The position numbers and the translations under genes are program-made. From Marinomonas sp. IMCC 4694 (GTDB lineage Bacteria; Pseudomonadota; Gammaproteobacteria; Pseudomonadales; Marinomonadaceae), in contig NZ_VSRV01000001.1 of the NCBI RefSeq assembly GCF_008122525.1, positions 738,611-762,610 on the forward strand: 24,000 bases of DNA, written 5' to 3'. A model generated the notes under the pieces. It was not told the DNA's origin. It was given only the letters and a program-made list of their open reading frames with translations, and made no database searches. Positions 6,927-15,202 of this stretch are shown piece by piece (position 1 is the first letter of the stretch; each line of letters starts with the position of its first letter).

Positions 6927-8327
6927 ATGAAAAATCTACCTCAACCTTATAAAATCAAGGCCGTTGAGCCGATCAAGTTATTATCTTCAGAACAGCGTTT
7001 AGCCGCATTAAAAAGCGTTGGCTATAACCCATTCTTGTTAAAAAGTGAGGATGTTTTTATCGATTTATTAACAGACTCTGGTACCGGTGCTATGAGTCAA
7101 GCTCAATGGTCTGCAATCATGAGTGGCGATGAGGCGTACGCTGGTAGCCAAAGTTTTTATCGATTAGAGTCTGCTGTAAATAAAGTTTTCAATTACAAAT
7201 ATGTCATACCTACCCATCAAGGCCGAGGGGCAGAACAAATTCTTTTTCCAGTTTTAATAGACAAAATGAAAAAAGAGAAAGGGGGTAGTAAACCTGTTTT
7301 CATCTCAAATTATCATTTTGACACAACTGCCGCTCACGTTGAGTTAAATAGTGCAAAAGCGGTAAACGTCGTGGTTGATGAGGCTTTTGATTTAAGTAAA
7401 CACTTTGATTGGAAAGGAAATTTCAACCTATCAAAGTTGCGCGAAACAATAAGCAAGTATGGTTCAGAAAATATTGCCGCTATTATTATAACCATTACAT
7501 GCAATAGCATGGGGGGGCAGCCTGTTTCACTTGAAAATATGAAAGCTGTTTATGGCATAGCACAAGAATTTAACATACCTATTGTAATGGATGCAGCCAG
7601 ATTTGCAGAAAATGCCTATTTTATTCGTGAGCGAGAGCCCCTTTTTGAAAATGTAAGTATTGAAGATATTGTTTTAAAAATGTTTCAGTATGCGGATATG
7701 TTTACTATGTCTGCAAAAAAAGATGCCATGGTAAACATCGGTGGACTTTGCTGCTTTAAGTACGATGAAGCTATTTATCGTGATGTACAAGCTTTATGCA
7801 TTCCAATGGAAGGCTTTGCTACGTATGGCGGGTTAGCAGGGCGAGATATGGATGCGTTGGCAGTCGGCCTGTTTGAAGCTATAAACCTAGAATATTTAAC
7901 CGCACGAATTGAGCAAGTCGACAAATTAAATCAGCAGCTTAGTAAAGCAGGTATACCCGTTCAAAATCCAAGTGGTGGCCACGCTGTTTTTATTGATGCA
8001 AAAGCTATGTTACCTCATATTCCAGCAGAAGAATTCCCAGGGCATGCTTTAGCTATAGCCTTATACCTTGAAGCAGGTATTCGTTCGGCTGAAATTGGCT
8101 CACTTCTTTTGGGTAGAGATCCAGATACTGGAGAACAAAAGCCATCTCCAACAGAGTTATTGCGTTTAGCTATCCCTAGACGAACATACACAAATGAACA
8201 TATGGACTATGTCGCAAAAAGTGTAATCAGCCTTCTAAAAGTAAAAGAGAACATCCCAGGGTGTCGTTTTACTTATGAACCGAAGATCCTTCGCCATTTT
8301 TTAGCTCGTTTTGAGCCAATAGCCTAA
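6927..8327 (+). CDS. tnaA: Tryptophanase (tryptophan indole-lyase), PLP-dependent beta-eliminating lyase
   Basis: Collinear along its whole length with E. coli TnaA as I recall it: [23 protein letters not shown], the [11 protein letters not shown]-lysine motif, LLGRDP.TG.Q.P..ELLRL.IPRR.YT, and TYEPK.LRHF. I prefer the ATG at 6927 ([11 protein letters not shown], matching the TnaA N-terminus) to the upstream ATG at 6873. Confidence 0.9.
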   Translation: MKNLPQPYKIKAVEPIKLLSSEQRLAALKSVGYNPFLLKSEDVFIDLLTDSGTGAMSQAQWSAIMSGDEAYAGSQSFYRLESAVNKVFNYKYVIPTHQGRGAEQILFPVLIDKMKKEKGGSKPVFISNYHFDTTAAHVELNSAKAVNVVVDEAFDLSKHFDWKGNFNLSKLRETISKYGSENIAAIIITITCNSMGGQPVSLENMKAVYGIAQEFNIPIVMDAARFAENAYFIREREPLFENVSIEDIVLKMFQYADMFTMSAKKDAMVNIGGLCCFKYDEAIYRDVQALCIPMEGFATYGGLAGRDMDALAVGLFEAINLEYLTARIEQVDKLNQQLSKAGIPVQNPSGGHAVFIDAKAMLPHIPAEEFPGHALAIALYLEAGIRSAEIGSLLLGRDPDTGEQKPSPTELLRLAIPRRTYTNEHMDYVAKSVISLLKVKENIPGCRFTYEPKILRHFLARFEPIA

Positions 8328-8345
8328 CACAACCCAACCACTCTA

Positions 8346-8375
8346 ATAGCCATTCTGCTTTAACTGAATGGCTAT
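8346..8375 (+). other. Perfect 10-bp stem hairpin between tnaA and the permease gene
   Basis: ATAGCCATTC-N10-GAATGGCTAT followed by the T-rich TATTTATAAT. It could be a partial terminator or an mRNA-processing or stability element. Confidence 0.4.
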
Positions 8376-8399
8376 TATTTATAATAATTAGGGGGATTT

Positions 8400-9659
8400 A
8401 TGAATGAACTAAAGAAAGTTTCTATTGTTTATGGTGCCACCGTTGTTTTTAGTACAGCTGTTGGTGTCGGAATGACTAGCCTACCAATAATAAGTACTGG
8501 AATGTGGTTTACGCTGAGTGTTGCAGTCATATTTTTAACTGCATTCTATCTTGTTTCAGCAGGAGCTTTGTTACTAGAAGTAAACATGAAGTATCCGGCA
8601 GGAACTGGAATTCACATGATGGTACATGACTTACTTGGCCCAAAGCATGCTTTTTTAAACGATTGCATGATGCTTTTTAATGGTTTTATTCTTTTATACG
8701 CTTATCTAACTGTTGGCTCTGAGGCTATACAATTTTACTTTAATAAAGTGTTAAGTATTGATTTAAACCATTCCTTAGCAGCTATATGTTTTGCAATTTT
8801 GTTTGGAGTTATTTTTTACTTACCGCCTTTAATCATTAGTCGATTTTTAACAGTCTTTATTGCTTTGATGCTATTGTTGTTTTTGTGTATATCGTATGTT
8901 TTAGCTTTAAATTTCGATATCAAAAATGCGTTTACTCCCGCTTTTGCATCTTCGGGGCCTGAGTCCACCAGTTTATTCCCATATATCTTCATTGCACTCC
9001 CTTATTTTATGGCTGCAATGGGTTTTCAGCAAACGATCCCAATGTTAAGGGAGCTTTATAACAATGATGCAAAGAGAGTTTACAAAAGTATTCTATTGGG
9101 AATCACAATAGTCTCTGTACTCTATTTAGTGTGGCTTTTTGTCATAATGGGGGCGCAATCACAAAGCTATATGATTACGTCGCTCTCTTCTGGAGAGAGT
9201 AAGTTAGAGAATATTGTCTCTACACTAAGTGAAAATAATAAAGTACAGGCATTGATGTATTTTTTTATTCAGGTTGCTATTGTCACTTCTTTTATTGGTG
9301 TAGCAAAGGGGCTGCTGGACTACTTAAAAGATCTCTGTGTTACTCATTATAATCTACAAGAAATCTATCCTAAACTTCTGGTTATTTTACCTCCTCTAGT
9401 TCTCTCAATATTTTTTCCCTATGGCTTTTTAATTGGTATTGGCTTTGCTGGATTAGCTGGCGCCATTTGGGGTGGCTTTTATCCTGCATTAATGGCAATC
9501 AAGAGTAGGGAAATAATAGCCGGGAACGCTAAAGATTCAACGTTTGAAACAATAGGTCATTCCTTCACCCCTAAGTTCACCTTGTTTTATAGCGTTTTAA
9601 TTGTACTGGTAATGATCCTTAGTTTATTCAATTTATTACCAAATTACCCAAATTTATAA
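8400..9659 (+). CDS. tnaB: Aromatic amino-acid permease of the HAAAP (Mtr/TnaB/TyrP) family
   Basis: SD AGGGGGA. A 419-aa polytopic membrane protein with about 11 hydrophobic segments, located directly downstream of tnaA as in tnaCAB operons. The family call rests on size, topology and context. Confidence 0.75.
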   Translation: MNELKKVSIVYGATVVFSTAVGVGMTSLPIISTGMWFTLSVAVIFLTAFYLVSAGALLLEVNMKYPAGTGIHMMVHDLLGPKHAFLNDCMMLFNGFILLYAYLTVGSEAIQFYFNKVLSIDLNHSLAAICFAILFGVIFYLPPLIISRFLTVFIALMLLLFLCISYVLALNFDIKNAFTPAFASSGPESTSLFPYIFIALPYFMAAMGFQQTIPMLRELYNNDAKRVYKSILLGITIVSVLYLVWLFVIMGAQSQSYMITSLSSGESKLENIVSTLSENNKVQALMYFFIQVAIVTSFIGVAKGLLDYLKDLCVTHYNLQEIYPKLLVILPPLVLSIFFPYGFLIGIGFAGLAGAIWGGFYPALMAIKSREIIAGNAKDSTFETIGHSFTPKFTLFYSVLIVLVMILSLFNLLPNYPNL

Positions 9660-9670
9660 GAGATATTATT

Positions 9671-10779
9671 ATGTTTACTTCAACTATTGATTTTAAATTT
9701 CTGATTAAGGTTATGTTTTTAACTTTTTTTCTTTTGGAGTTTTAGCCAAAGAAACAAATAGTAATGGTTTTCAAAATATAGATGCCGATTATTACTCATA
9801 TTCGACCTCAGCAACAAATACAATACCCGAGCAAAGTAAATTCTCATCTTCAGGTATTTTCCGATTGTATGGTAACTATGCGCTTGAAAATACGGACATC
9901 ATAAAGTTTAAAGTCGAGTACAGAGACACTTATACTACTGTTACTCCGAAAGATTTTGTCATAAATAATGTGGGAGCAGTTGGTTTAATTGAGCCTCAAT
10001 TCAGTGATATCGGATTTAGATTGACCAATTTGTATTGGCATAACAATTTAACTGAAAAAACAGAAATTGATATTGGCTTTTTAGATACAACTAATTACTT
10101 AGACACCTACATTTTAGGTAATCCTTGGGCTGGATTTAATAACTTTATCTTTAGTACGGGTTCTGGGACATTGACCATGCCAGATGAGGGAACTTTAGGG
10201 GTATCGATTAAGCATATATTCGATAATAATTACTATGCGTTGGCAAGTATTGCAGATGCGAATGCTTTGTCTAGCAGGCCATTTGACAACCTTATACAGG
10301 GAGAGTTTTTTAAGTCAATTGAATTAGGTTGGGTTCAAAGCGTAGATGAATTTTACACAAAAAACATACACCTTTTATATTGGGAGTTAGACGGAGGTAG
10401 CAGGCTAAGTCAACAAGATAGTTCTGGTTATAATTTTTCATTGGCTTATCAGGTTCAACAATTTTTGCCTTTTATTAGAGCCGGTATTAGTGAGGGTGAT
10501 GCAAGCTTGCTCTCTAGAAATATAACCTTAGGTACGGGGTATTTTCTTAATAATTCTCAAAACTCAACACTCGGCTTTGCGATAGGTTTCGGGGTGCCAA
10601 ATAAAGAGTTATTTAAGCGTCAATTAGAACATCAAACTACTACGGAAGTATTTTTAAAAACCACGGTTGGACCAAACCTAACTTTAACTCCGAGCCTTCA
10701 ATATTTGCGTGGCCTCCCTTTTAACTCTGAGGAAAATAACGCGTTAGTAATTGGGTTAAGAATAAACCTAACGCTATGA
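9671..10779 (+). pseudogene. OprB-family (carbohydrate-selective-type) outer-membrane porin, reading frame broken in the signal peptide at a T7 run
   Basis: ATG 9671 encodes MFTSTIDFKFLIKVMFLTFF and then stops at 9743-9745. The long frame, open from 9709, continues SFGVLAKETNS... to 10779. One extra T in the 9724-9730 run joins them into a signal peptide with a VLA/KE cleavage-like site. The C-terminal beta-barrel signature is LTPSLQYLRGLP......ALVIGLRINLTL. Confidence 0.7.
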
Positions 10780-10893
10780 TAAGTAATAATTTAAATATAT
10801 CTAAAGTGTAACCCCACCCAATTTAGCTTTAGCTAGCTTTTTAATTTACAGGTTGTGTAAGTTGCAATTAATTTAAATTTTACGGAATAAAAT

Positions 10894-11316
10894 ATGAGAG
10901 AAAATAAAATGAATATTTTACTAGTAAAGACTCAAAAAATTTTGAAGGAAAGTATAAAAGAAAAATTAACTTTCTTCTTTCCTGATTGGAAATTTAATTT
11001 CAAAGAAGCTGGAAGCGTAACTCAGGCAATTGTTCAACTAAGCGCCTGCAATATAAAAGACACTGATTTGGTAATTTGTGATTTGAACTTGCACAAGGGA
11101 GACGGGTTAGAGTTAATTAATTATTTAGCAATAAGTAAATTTAAAAAAATCCCTCTAGCAGTCACTAATGTAACCGACTTTAGGACTTTTCAATTAGTTA
11201 AGTCAATCATTTCTGGTTTCCAGCTAAATTGCGTCGGTGTTTATCAGTTCCCTGTAAACTGTAAAATCTTGTTTAAGGACTTTTTAAAAAAACATCAAAG
11301 GAGGAGACTACGTTAA
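10894..11316 (+). CDS. Degenerate (pseudo-)receiver domain protein; probably the N-terminal half of a REC-EAL protein
   Basis: It aligns to the CheY fold. ILLVKT replaces the acidic DD pair. DLVICDLNL retains the phospho-acceptor Asp. AVTNV retains Thr. QFP replaces the conserved K-P. The frame ends just after an A7 run. Confidence 0.6.
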   Translation: MRENKMNILLVKTQKILKESIKEKLTFFFPDWKFNFKEAGSVTQAIVQLSACNIKDTDLVICDLNLHKGDGLELINYLAISKFKKIPLAVTNVTDFRTFQLVKSIISGFQLNCVGVYQFPVNCKILFKDFLKKHQRRRLR

Positions 11317-11369
11317 CAGCATTAGCTTATAAGCAGAAACATATTTTAGACCTATTAAATGAAGAAAAT

Positions 11370-12113
11370 TTGTTTTTGGATTATCAGCCCAAGATTGACT
11401 TATCTTCTGGGAGTATTATTGGTTTTGAGGCATTGGCTAGATTGCGTTCAACTGATAATAAAGTTATATACCCTGAGGAATTTGTACCTTTATATGAAAA
11501 GGTCGGCCTAAATACCCAACTAACTATGCTTGTTTTAGATAAAGCGATTACTCATTGGAAAATGCACCCTTTTTTAAAAAAATACTCATTATCGATAAAT
11601 ATAAGTCCTAATGATTTACTGTCAAAGGCTTTTTCAGAGTTTGCCATTAAAGCACGTTCAGACTCTATGGATATAAAGCTTTTATTCGAATTAACAGAAT
11701 CACAGACAATTATTGATCAGTATCAGGCTAATAAAGTGCTCAACGAATTCATAGGTTACGGAATTTTAGTTTCCTTGGATGACTTTGGTAAGTGTCATTC
11801 TAACTTTTCTCGTTTAGATAGTTTTTCATTTAGTGAGATAAAAATAGATAAGTCATTCGTTAGTGATATCGACACAAATAAAAAACATTTTGCAATTATT
11901 GAATTGATTTTAAATTTAGCAAAAAAATTAAATGTTCAAGTGACAGCTAAAGGCATTGAAAGCTCGGTTGTTTTGAATAAATTGATAGATCTAGGCTGTA
12001 CTATTGGACAAGGCTATTATTTTAGTAAGCCTATCACAGAAGATTTGCTGCATGATTGGATCGAAAAACATACTAATAATCTGAAAGTAGAATCACTCAG
12101 TTTATGTGAATAA
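11370..12113 (+). CDS. EAL-domain c-di-GMP phosphodiesterase (frame open from 11277; no convincing start codon of its own)
   Basis: Motifs YQPKIDL, GFEALARL, SINISP, FELTES, LDDFGKCHSNFSRL, KIDKSFV and QGYYFSKP. The 11370 start in the ORF track is a TTG with no SD. Upstream in-frame sequence (LTALAYKQKHILDLLNEENL) already looks like the beginning of an EAL domain. Confidence 0.8.
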   Translation: MFLDYQPKIDLSSGSIIGFEALARLRSTDNKVIYPEEFVPLYEKVGLNTQLTMLVLDKAITHWKMHPFLKKYSLSINISPNDLLSKAFSEFAIKARSDSMDIKLLFELTESQTIIDQYQANKVLNEFIGYGILVSLDDFGKCHSNFSRLDSFSFSEIKIDKSFVSDIDTNKKHFAIIELILNLAKKLNVQVTAKGIESSVVLNKLIDLGCTIGQGYYFSKPITEDLLHDWIEKHTNNLKVESLSLCE

Positions 12114-12253
12114 ATACTTTTATTTCATAGCTAAAAACGCTTAGATAATTTTAAGAGGTTTAGTTTAAATAACTGAACTCTGGTAAGAGGAAATTAACCC
12201 AAAAATTAAACTTATTCGAAAGAGTAGTTTAAATAACTTTATGAGGTAACCCT

Positions 12254-12610
12254 ATGTCAATTAATCGTAAACAAATAACCCAAAGGATGAGTGCCAGTGT
12301 CACACACAACGGTACAGTTTATTTATGTGGGCAGGTATGTAAAGATGCCAATGAAGGAATTACAAATCAAACAATTTCAATGCTAGAAAAAGTAGAAGAT
12401 TTACTTGAAGACGCAGGAAGTGATAAATATCATTTATTAAGTGCTACTATTTTCATAAAAAATATGGCCTTATTTGAAGAAATGAATGATGTTTGGGATA
12501 AATGGGTGCCACAGGAAGCCCCCCCCGCAAGGGCATGTGTACAAGCTAAAATGGCTCGTCCAGAATTATTAGTTGAAATATCTGTTATAGCCGCAGTTAT
12601 AGATTTTTAA
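12254..12610 (+). CDS. ridA: RidA/YjgF/TdcF-family reactive enamine/imine deaminase
   Basis: SD GAGGTAA. 118 aa, with the family pattern G.VYL.GQV...QT...L.K...LL..AGS....LL...IF......F..MN..W..W and the C-terminal P-A-R-x-C-V motif containing the catalytic-type Arg. Confidence 0.8.
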   Translation: MSINRKQITQRMSASVTHNGTVYLCGQVCKDANEGITNQTISMLEKVEDLLEDAGSDKYHLLSATIFIKNMALFEEMNDVWDKWVPQEAPPARACVQAKMARPELLVEISVIAAVIDF

Positions 12611-12863
12611 CAGTTTTAAAAGTACATTAATTAGAGAATTAAGACCAATTTGGCGTAGTTGTTTTTTATCTATTTTAATGTCTATCAAGCTATGGGAAGT
12701 CCAGTTAGGTTGATTTCTTCTAGCCAAGGGCAGATAAGGTTTGTATATTATGCTAGTAATATCTCACTAGTCAGAAACACTCACAATTCCTTCATCTATC
12801 TGGCCAATCGCACTTACGGGGATCTTTAGGATGTTAGCTCTATGAAATTTTCTGGAGCTGACA

Positions 12864-13808
12864 ATGAGAACCCCTTTGTTACCTTGGTTCATCCTATGGG
12901 TGACCATCCCAATCATTATTTTCTTTCTATTCATCTTGCCCGCCCATGCCAGTGAGGGGCCATTCTATCAGCGTAGTCAGGAAGGTTGGTTTTGGTATCA
13001 GGTCATTCCCGAACCTGAACAGCCTGATGAGCTTACAGAGCCTGAATCTGGTGTAGTGGAGTCCAGTCAGAGCGAACTAAAGCCCTTCAGTGCGGCATGG
13101 TTCCGAGTGCATATGCAATCGTTTATGGACAAGGCAATTGATGAGCCAACGAGTGAGAATGTCAGAGCGTATCAGTATCTTCAGCGCGTCATGATGGATA
13201 AGGGCTCACTATTTGCTGATGTTAGTCAGCAAGTGGTCATGGGTGATCCTGTTTTGGATGAAATCAGTCGCAGACCCTTGGCGACCTACGCTGCCAATCG
13301 GATGGACAGAGAAGCTGGCGCCCAACGGGATTTTGCTTTAAGTGAAGTAGCAAAACAGGCTGGTTTGTTCTTTTTCTATCGTTCGGATTGCCCTTACTGC
13401 CAAGCTCAAGCGCCTATCATCGAATCAATGGCTTTGAACTACGGTTTCGAGGTGTTTGCTATTGCTGTCGATGGCTTGCCTTTACCGGGTGGAGAATTTC
13501 CTAATTACAAAGTCGATTCAGGACAAGCACAATCCTTGTCCGTTACGACTGTCCCCGCCATGTTCTTAGTTGACCCGCCTAACGTCATTACTCCGATTGG
13601 CCAAGGCGCAATGAGCCTTGATGAGCTCAATAATCGAATCATTCTCGCAGCCCATCAGGCCGGTTGGATTGACGATCAAACTTACTATGCCACCAGACCT
13701 GTTCAACCCGGCGTGTCACTCGCGATGTCAGCCCAAGAGCTTAACGAAAAGATATTACAGGACCCTGAGTTCCTTGTTCGCTATCTGCGTGCACAAGGTG
13801 GGTTATAA
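12864..13808 (+). CDS. traF: Conjugative transfer protein TraF (thioredoxin-fold, CxxC)
   Basis: N-terminal signal/TM segment, a CPYC motif within FFFYRSDCPYCQAQAP, and a position immediately upstream of traH-traG as in SXT/R391. Confidence 0.85.
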   Translation: MRTPLLPWFILWVTIPIIIFFLFILPAHASEGPFYQRSQEGWFWYQVIPEPEQPDELTEPESGVVESSQSELKPFSAAWFRVHMQSFMDKAIDEPTSENVRAYQYLQRVMMDKGSLFADVSQQVVMGDPVLDEISRRPLATYAANRMDREAGAQRDFALSEVAKQAGLFFFYRSDCPYCQAQAPIIESMALNYGFEVFAIAVDGLPLPGGEFPNYKVDSGQAQSLSVTTVPAMFLVDPPNVITPIGQGAMSLDELNNRIILAAHQAGWIDDQTYYATRPVQPGVSLAMSAQELNEKILQDPEFLVRYLRAQGGL

Positions 13809-13810
13809 CG

Positions 13811-15199
13811 ATGAAAAAAGTACTACGAGTAACGCTAATCGCCTGTGCGATTGGTTTTTCGTCTATGAGCCAAGCAAGCTTGCAACAGGAGATGAACCAG
13901 TTGTTTGGTTCAATGACCAACACCACTGCGCCTGGCGTATTTGAGAGTCAAAGGCGTGGCGTGATATCTGGAGGAAGTGTTGTTGTTCGTAACAGGATCA
14001 TGAACGAGAACCTCGTCTCTATGGTGCCACCGTCATTCCAAGCAGGTTGTGGCGGCATTGATATGTTCGCTGGAAGTTTGTCATTTGTTAATGCAGATCA
14101 GTTTGTTCAATTACTTCGCTCTGTAGCGGCAAATGCCAAGGGATACGCATTCCAATTGGCGCTCAGTGCTATGTGTGAGAAATGCTCCCAGCACATGGAG
14201 ACACTGCAAAAGAAAATCCAGCAGTTGAACGAGTATTTTGGCAATTCCTGTCAAATGGCTCAGGGAGTCGTGAACGATACCCTGACTGCCTTTGGTAAAA
14301 AGGGGCAAACAGAAGCCAGCATGTTGAGCTCACTTAAAGGGGCTGGAGACGTTTTTACCAGTTGGAGTGAATCCAATGGTAAGAACCCATATGAGAACGC
14401 TTCGAGTGTCGCGGCATCTGATGTGAACAAAACGATTAAAGGTAATTTGGTTTGGCGAGTATTGAAACGTCATTCGGCATCAAGCTGGTTTGCATCGGGG
14501 GATGACCGTTTTCTTGAAGCGGTTATGTCGGTGACGGGTTCGATCATTGTTGGTGATCTAGCTAATGCCGCTGATGGCCAGGGTAAAGCCCCAAAACTGA
14601 CCCGGCTGAATGGCAATAAAGTGACTATTGAGCATTTAATTCATGGCGGCAACGTCGCTATGTACCGATGTGACACAGTGACGCAAGACGGTTGTCTGAA
14701 CCCAACAATCACTATCGTGACTCTTACCGGGTTATCAACTCAGGTAGAAAATTTGCTTCTAGGTACAGGTTCTAGTAACGGCATTATTTTTAAATTTGCT
14801 CGAAATACAGGGGCTGCTAGCACCACCGAAAAGGCTTTTATGACCTCGGCTCCTGCGAGTATTGGCGGCATGATTCGAACACTTTCTGTATTAAATGAAG
14901 GGGCCGCTAGATCGTTTGCTTCAAGAGCGGCACCATTTATTGCTGTTGAGATGGCCCGAGCATTGGTTGAAGACATGCTCTATGCAGCTAGAAGTACCTC
15001 CGGTGTGGAAGATCATGCCTATGCGAAGTTATTAACGGAAGACCTTGAACGTGCACGTCGCCAAATTAATGAGGAGTACGCTGCTTTGCAGCGAAGATAC
15101 GGCTCAGAGCAAGAGTTGCTGGCGCATTTTAATCAGGTGATTCTGACCATTCGCAAGCAGCGTTATTACACCGTTAAATCTACGGCGCTGGGGGAATAG
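13811..15199 (+). CDS. traH: Conjugative pilus assembly protein TraH
   Basis: Signal peptide MKKVLRVTLIACAIGFSSMSQA. Conserved F-type TraH N-terminal block (MTNTTAPGVFESQRRGVISGGS...PPSFQAGCGGIDMFAGSLSF). The gene starts 2 nt after the traF stop. Confidence 0.9.
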   Translation: MKKVLRVTLIACAIGFSSMSQASLQQEMNQLFGSMTNTTAPGVFESQRRGVISGGSVVVRNRIMNENLVSMVPPSFQAGCGGIDMFAGSLSFVNADQFVQLLRSVAANAKGYAFQLALSAMCEKCSQHMETLQKKIQQLNEYFGNSCQMAQGVVNDTLTAFGKKGQTEASMLSSLKGAGDVFTSWSESNGKNPYENASSVAASDVNKTIKGNLVWRVLKRHSASSWFASGDDRFLEAVMSVTGSIIVGDLANAADGQGKAPKLTRLNGNKVTIEHLIHGGNVAMYRCDTVTQDGCLNPTITIVTLTGLSTQVENLLLGTGSSNGIIFKFARNTGAASTTEKAFMTSAPASIGGMIRTLSVLNEGAARSFASRAAPFIAVEMARALVEDMLYAARSTSGVEDHAYAKLLTEDLERARRQINEEYAALQRRYGSEQELLAHFNQVILTIRKQRYYTVKSTALGE

Positions 15200-15202
15200 G
15201 TC

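Noticed and set aside
13618-15010. ORFs 13618-13944 (+), 13741-13926 (-), 14111-14308 (-) and 14740-14976 (-)
   Set aside because: They overlap traF/traH in alternative frames or antisense. No independent support.
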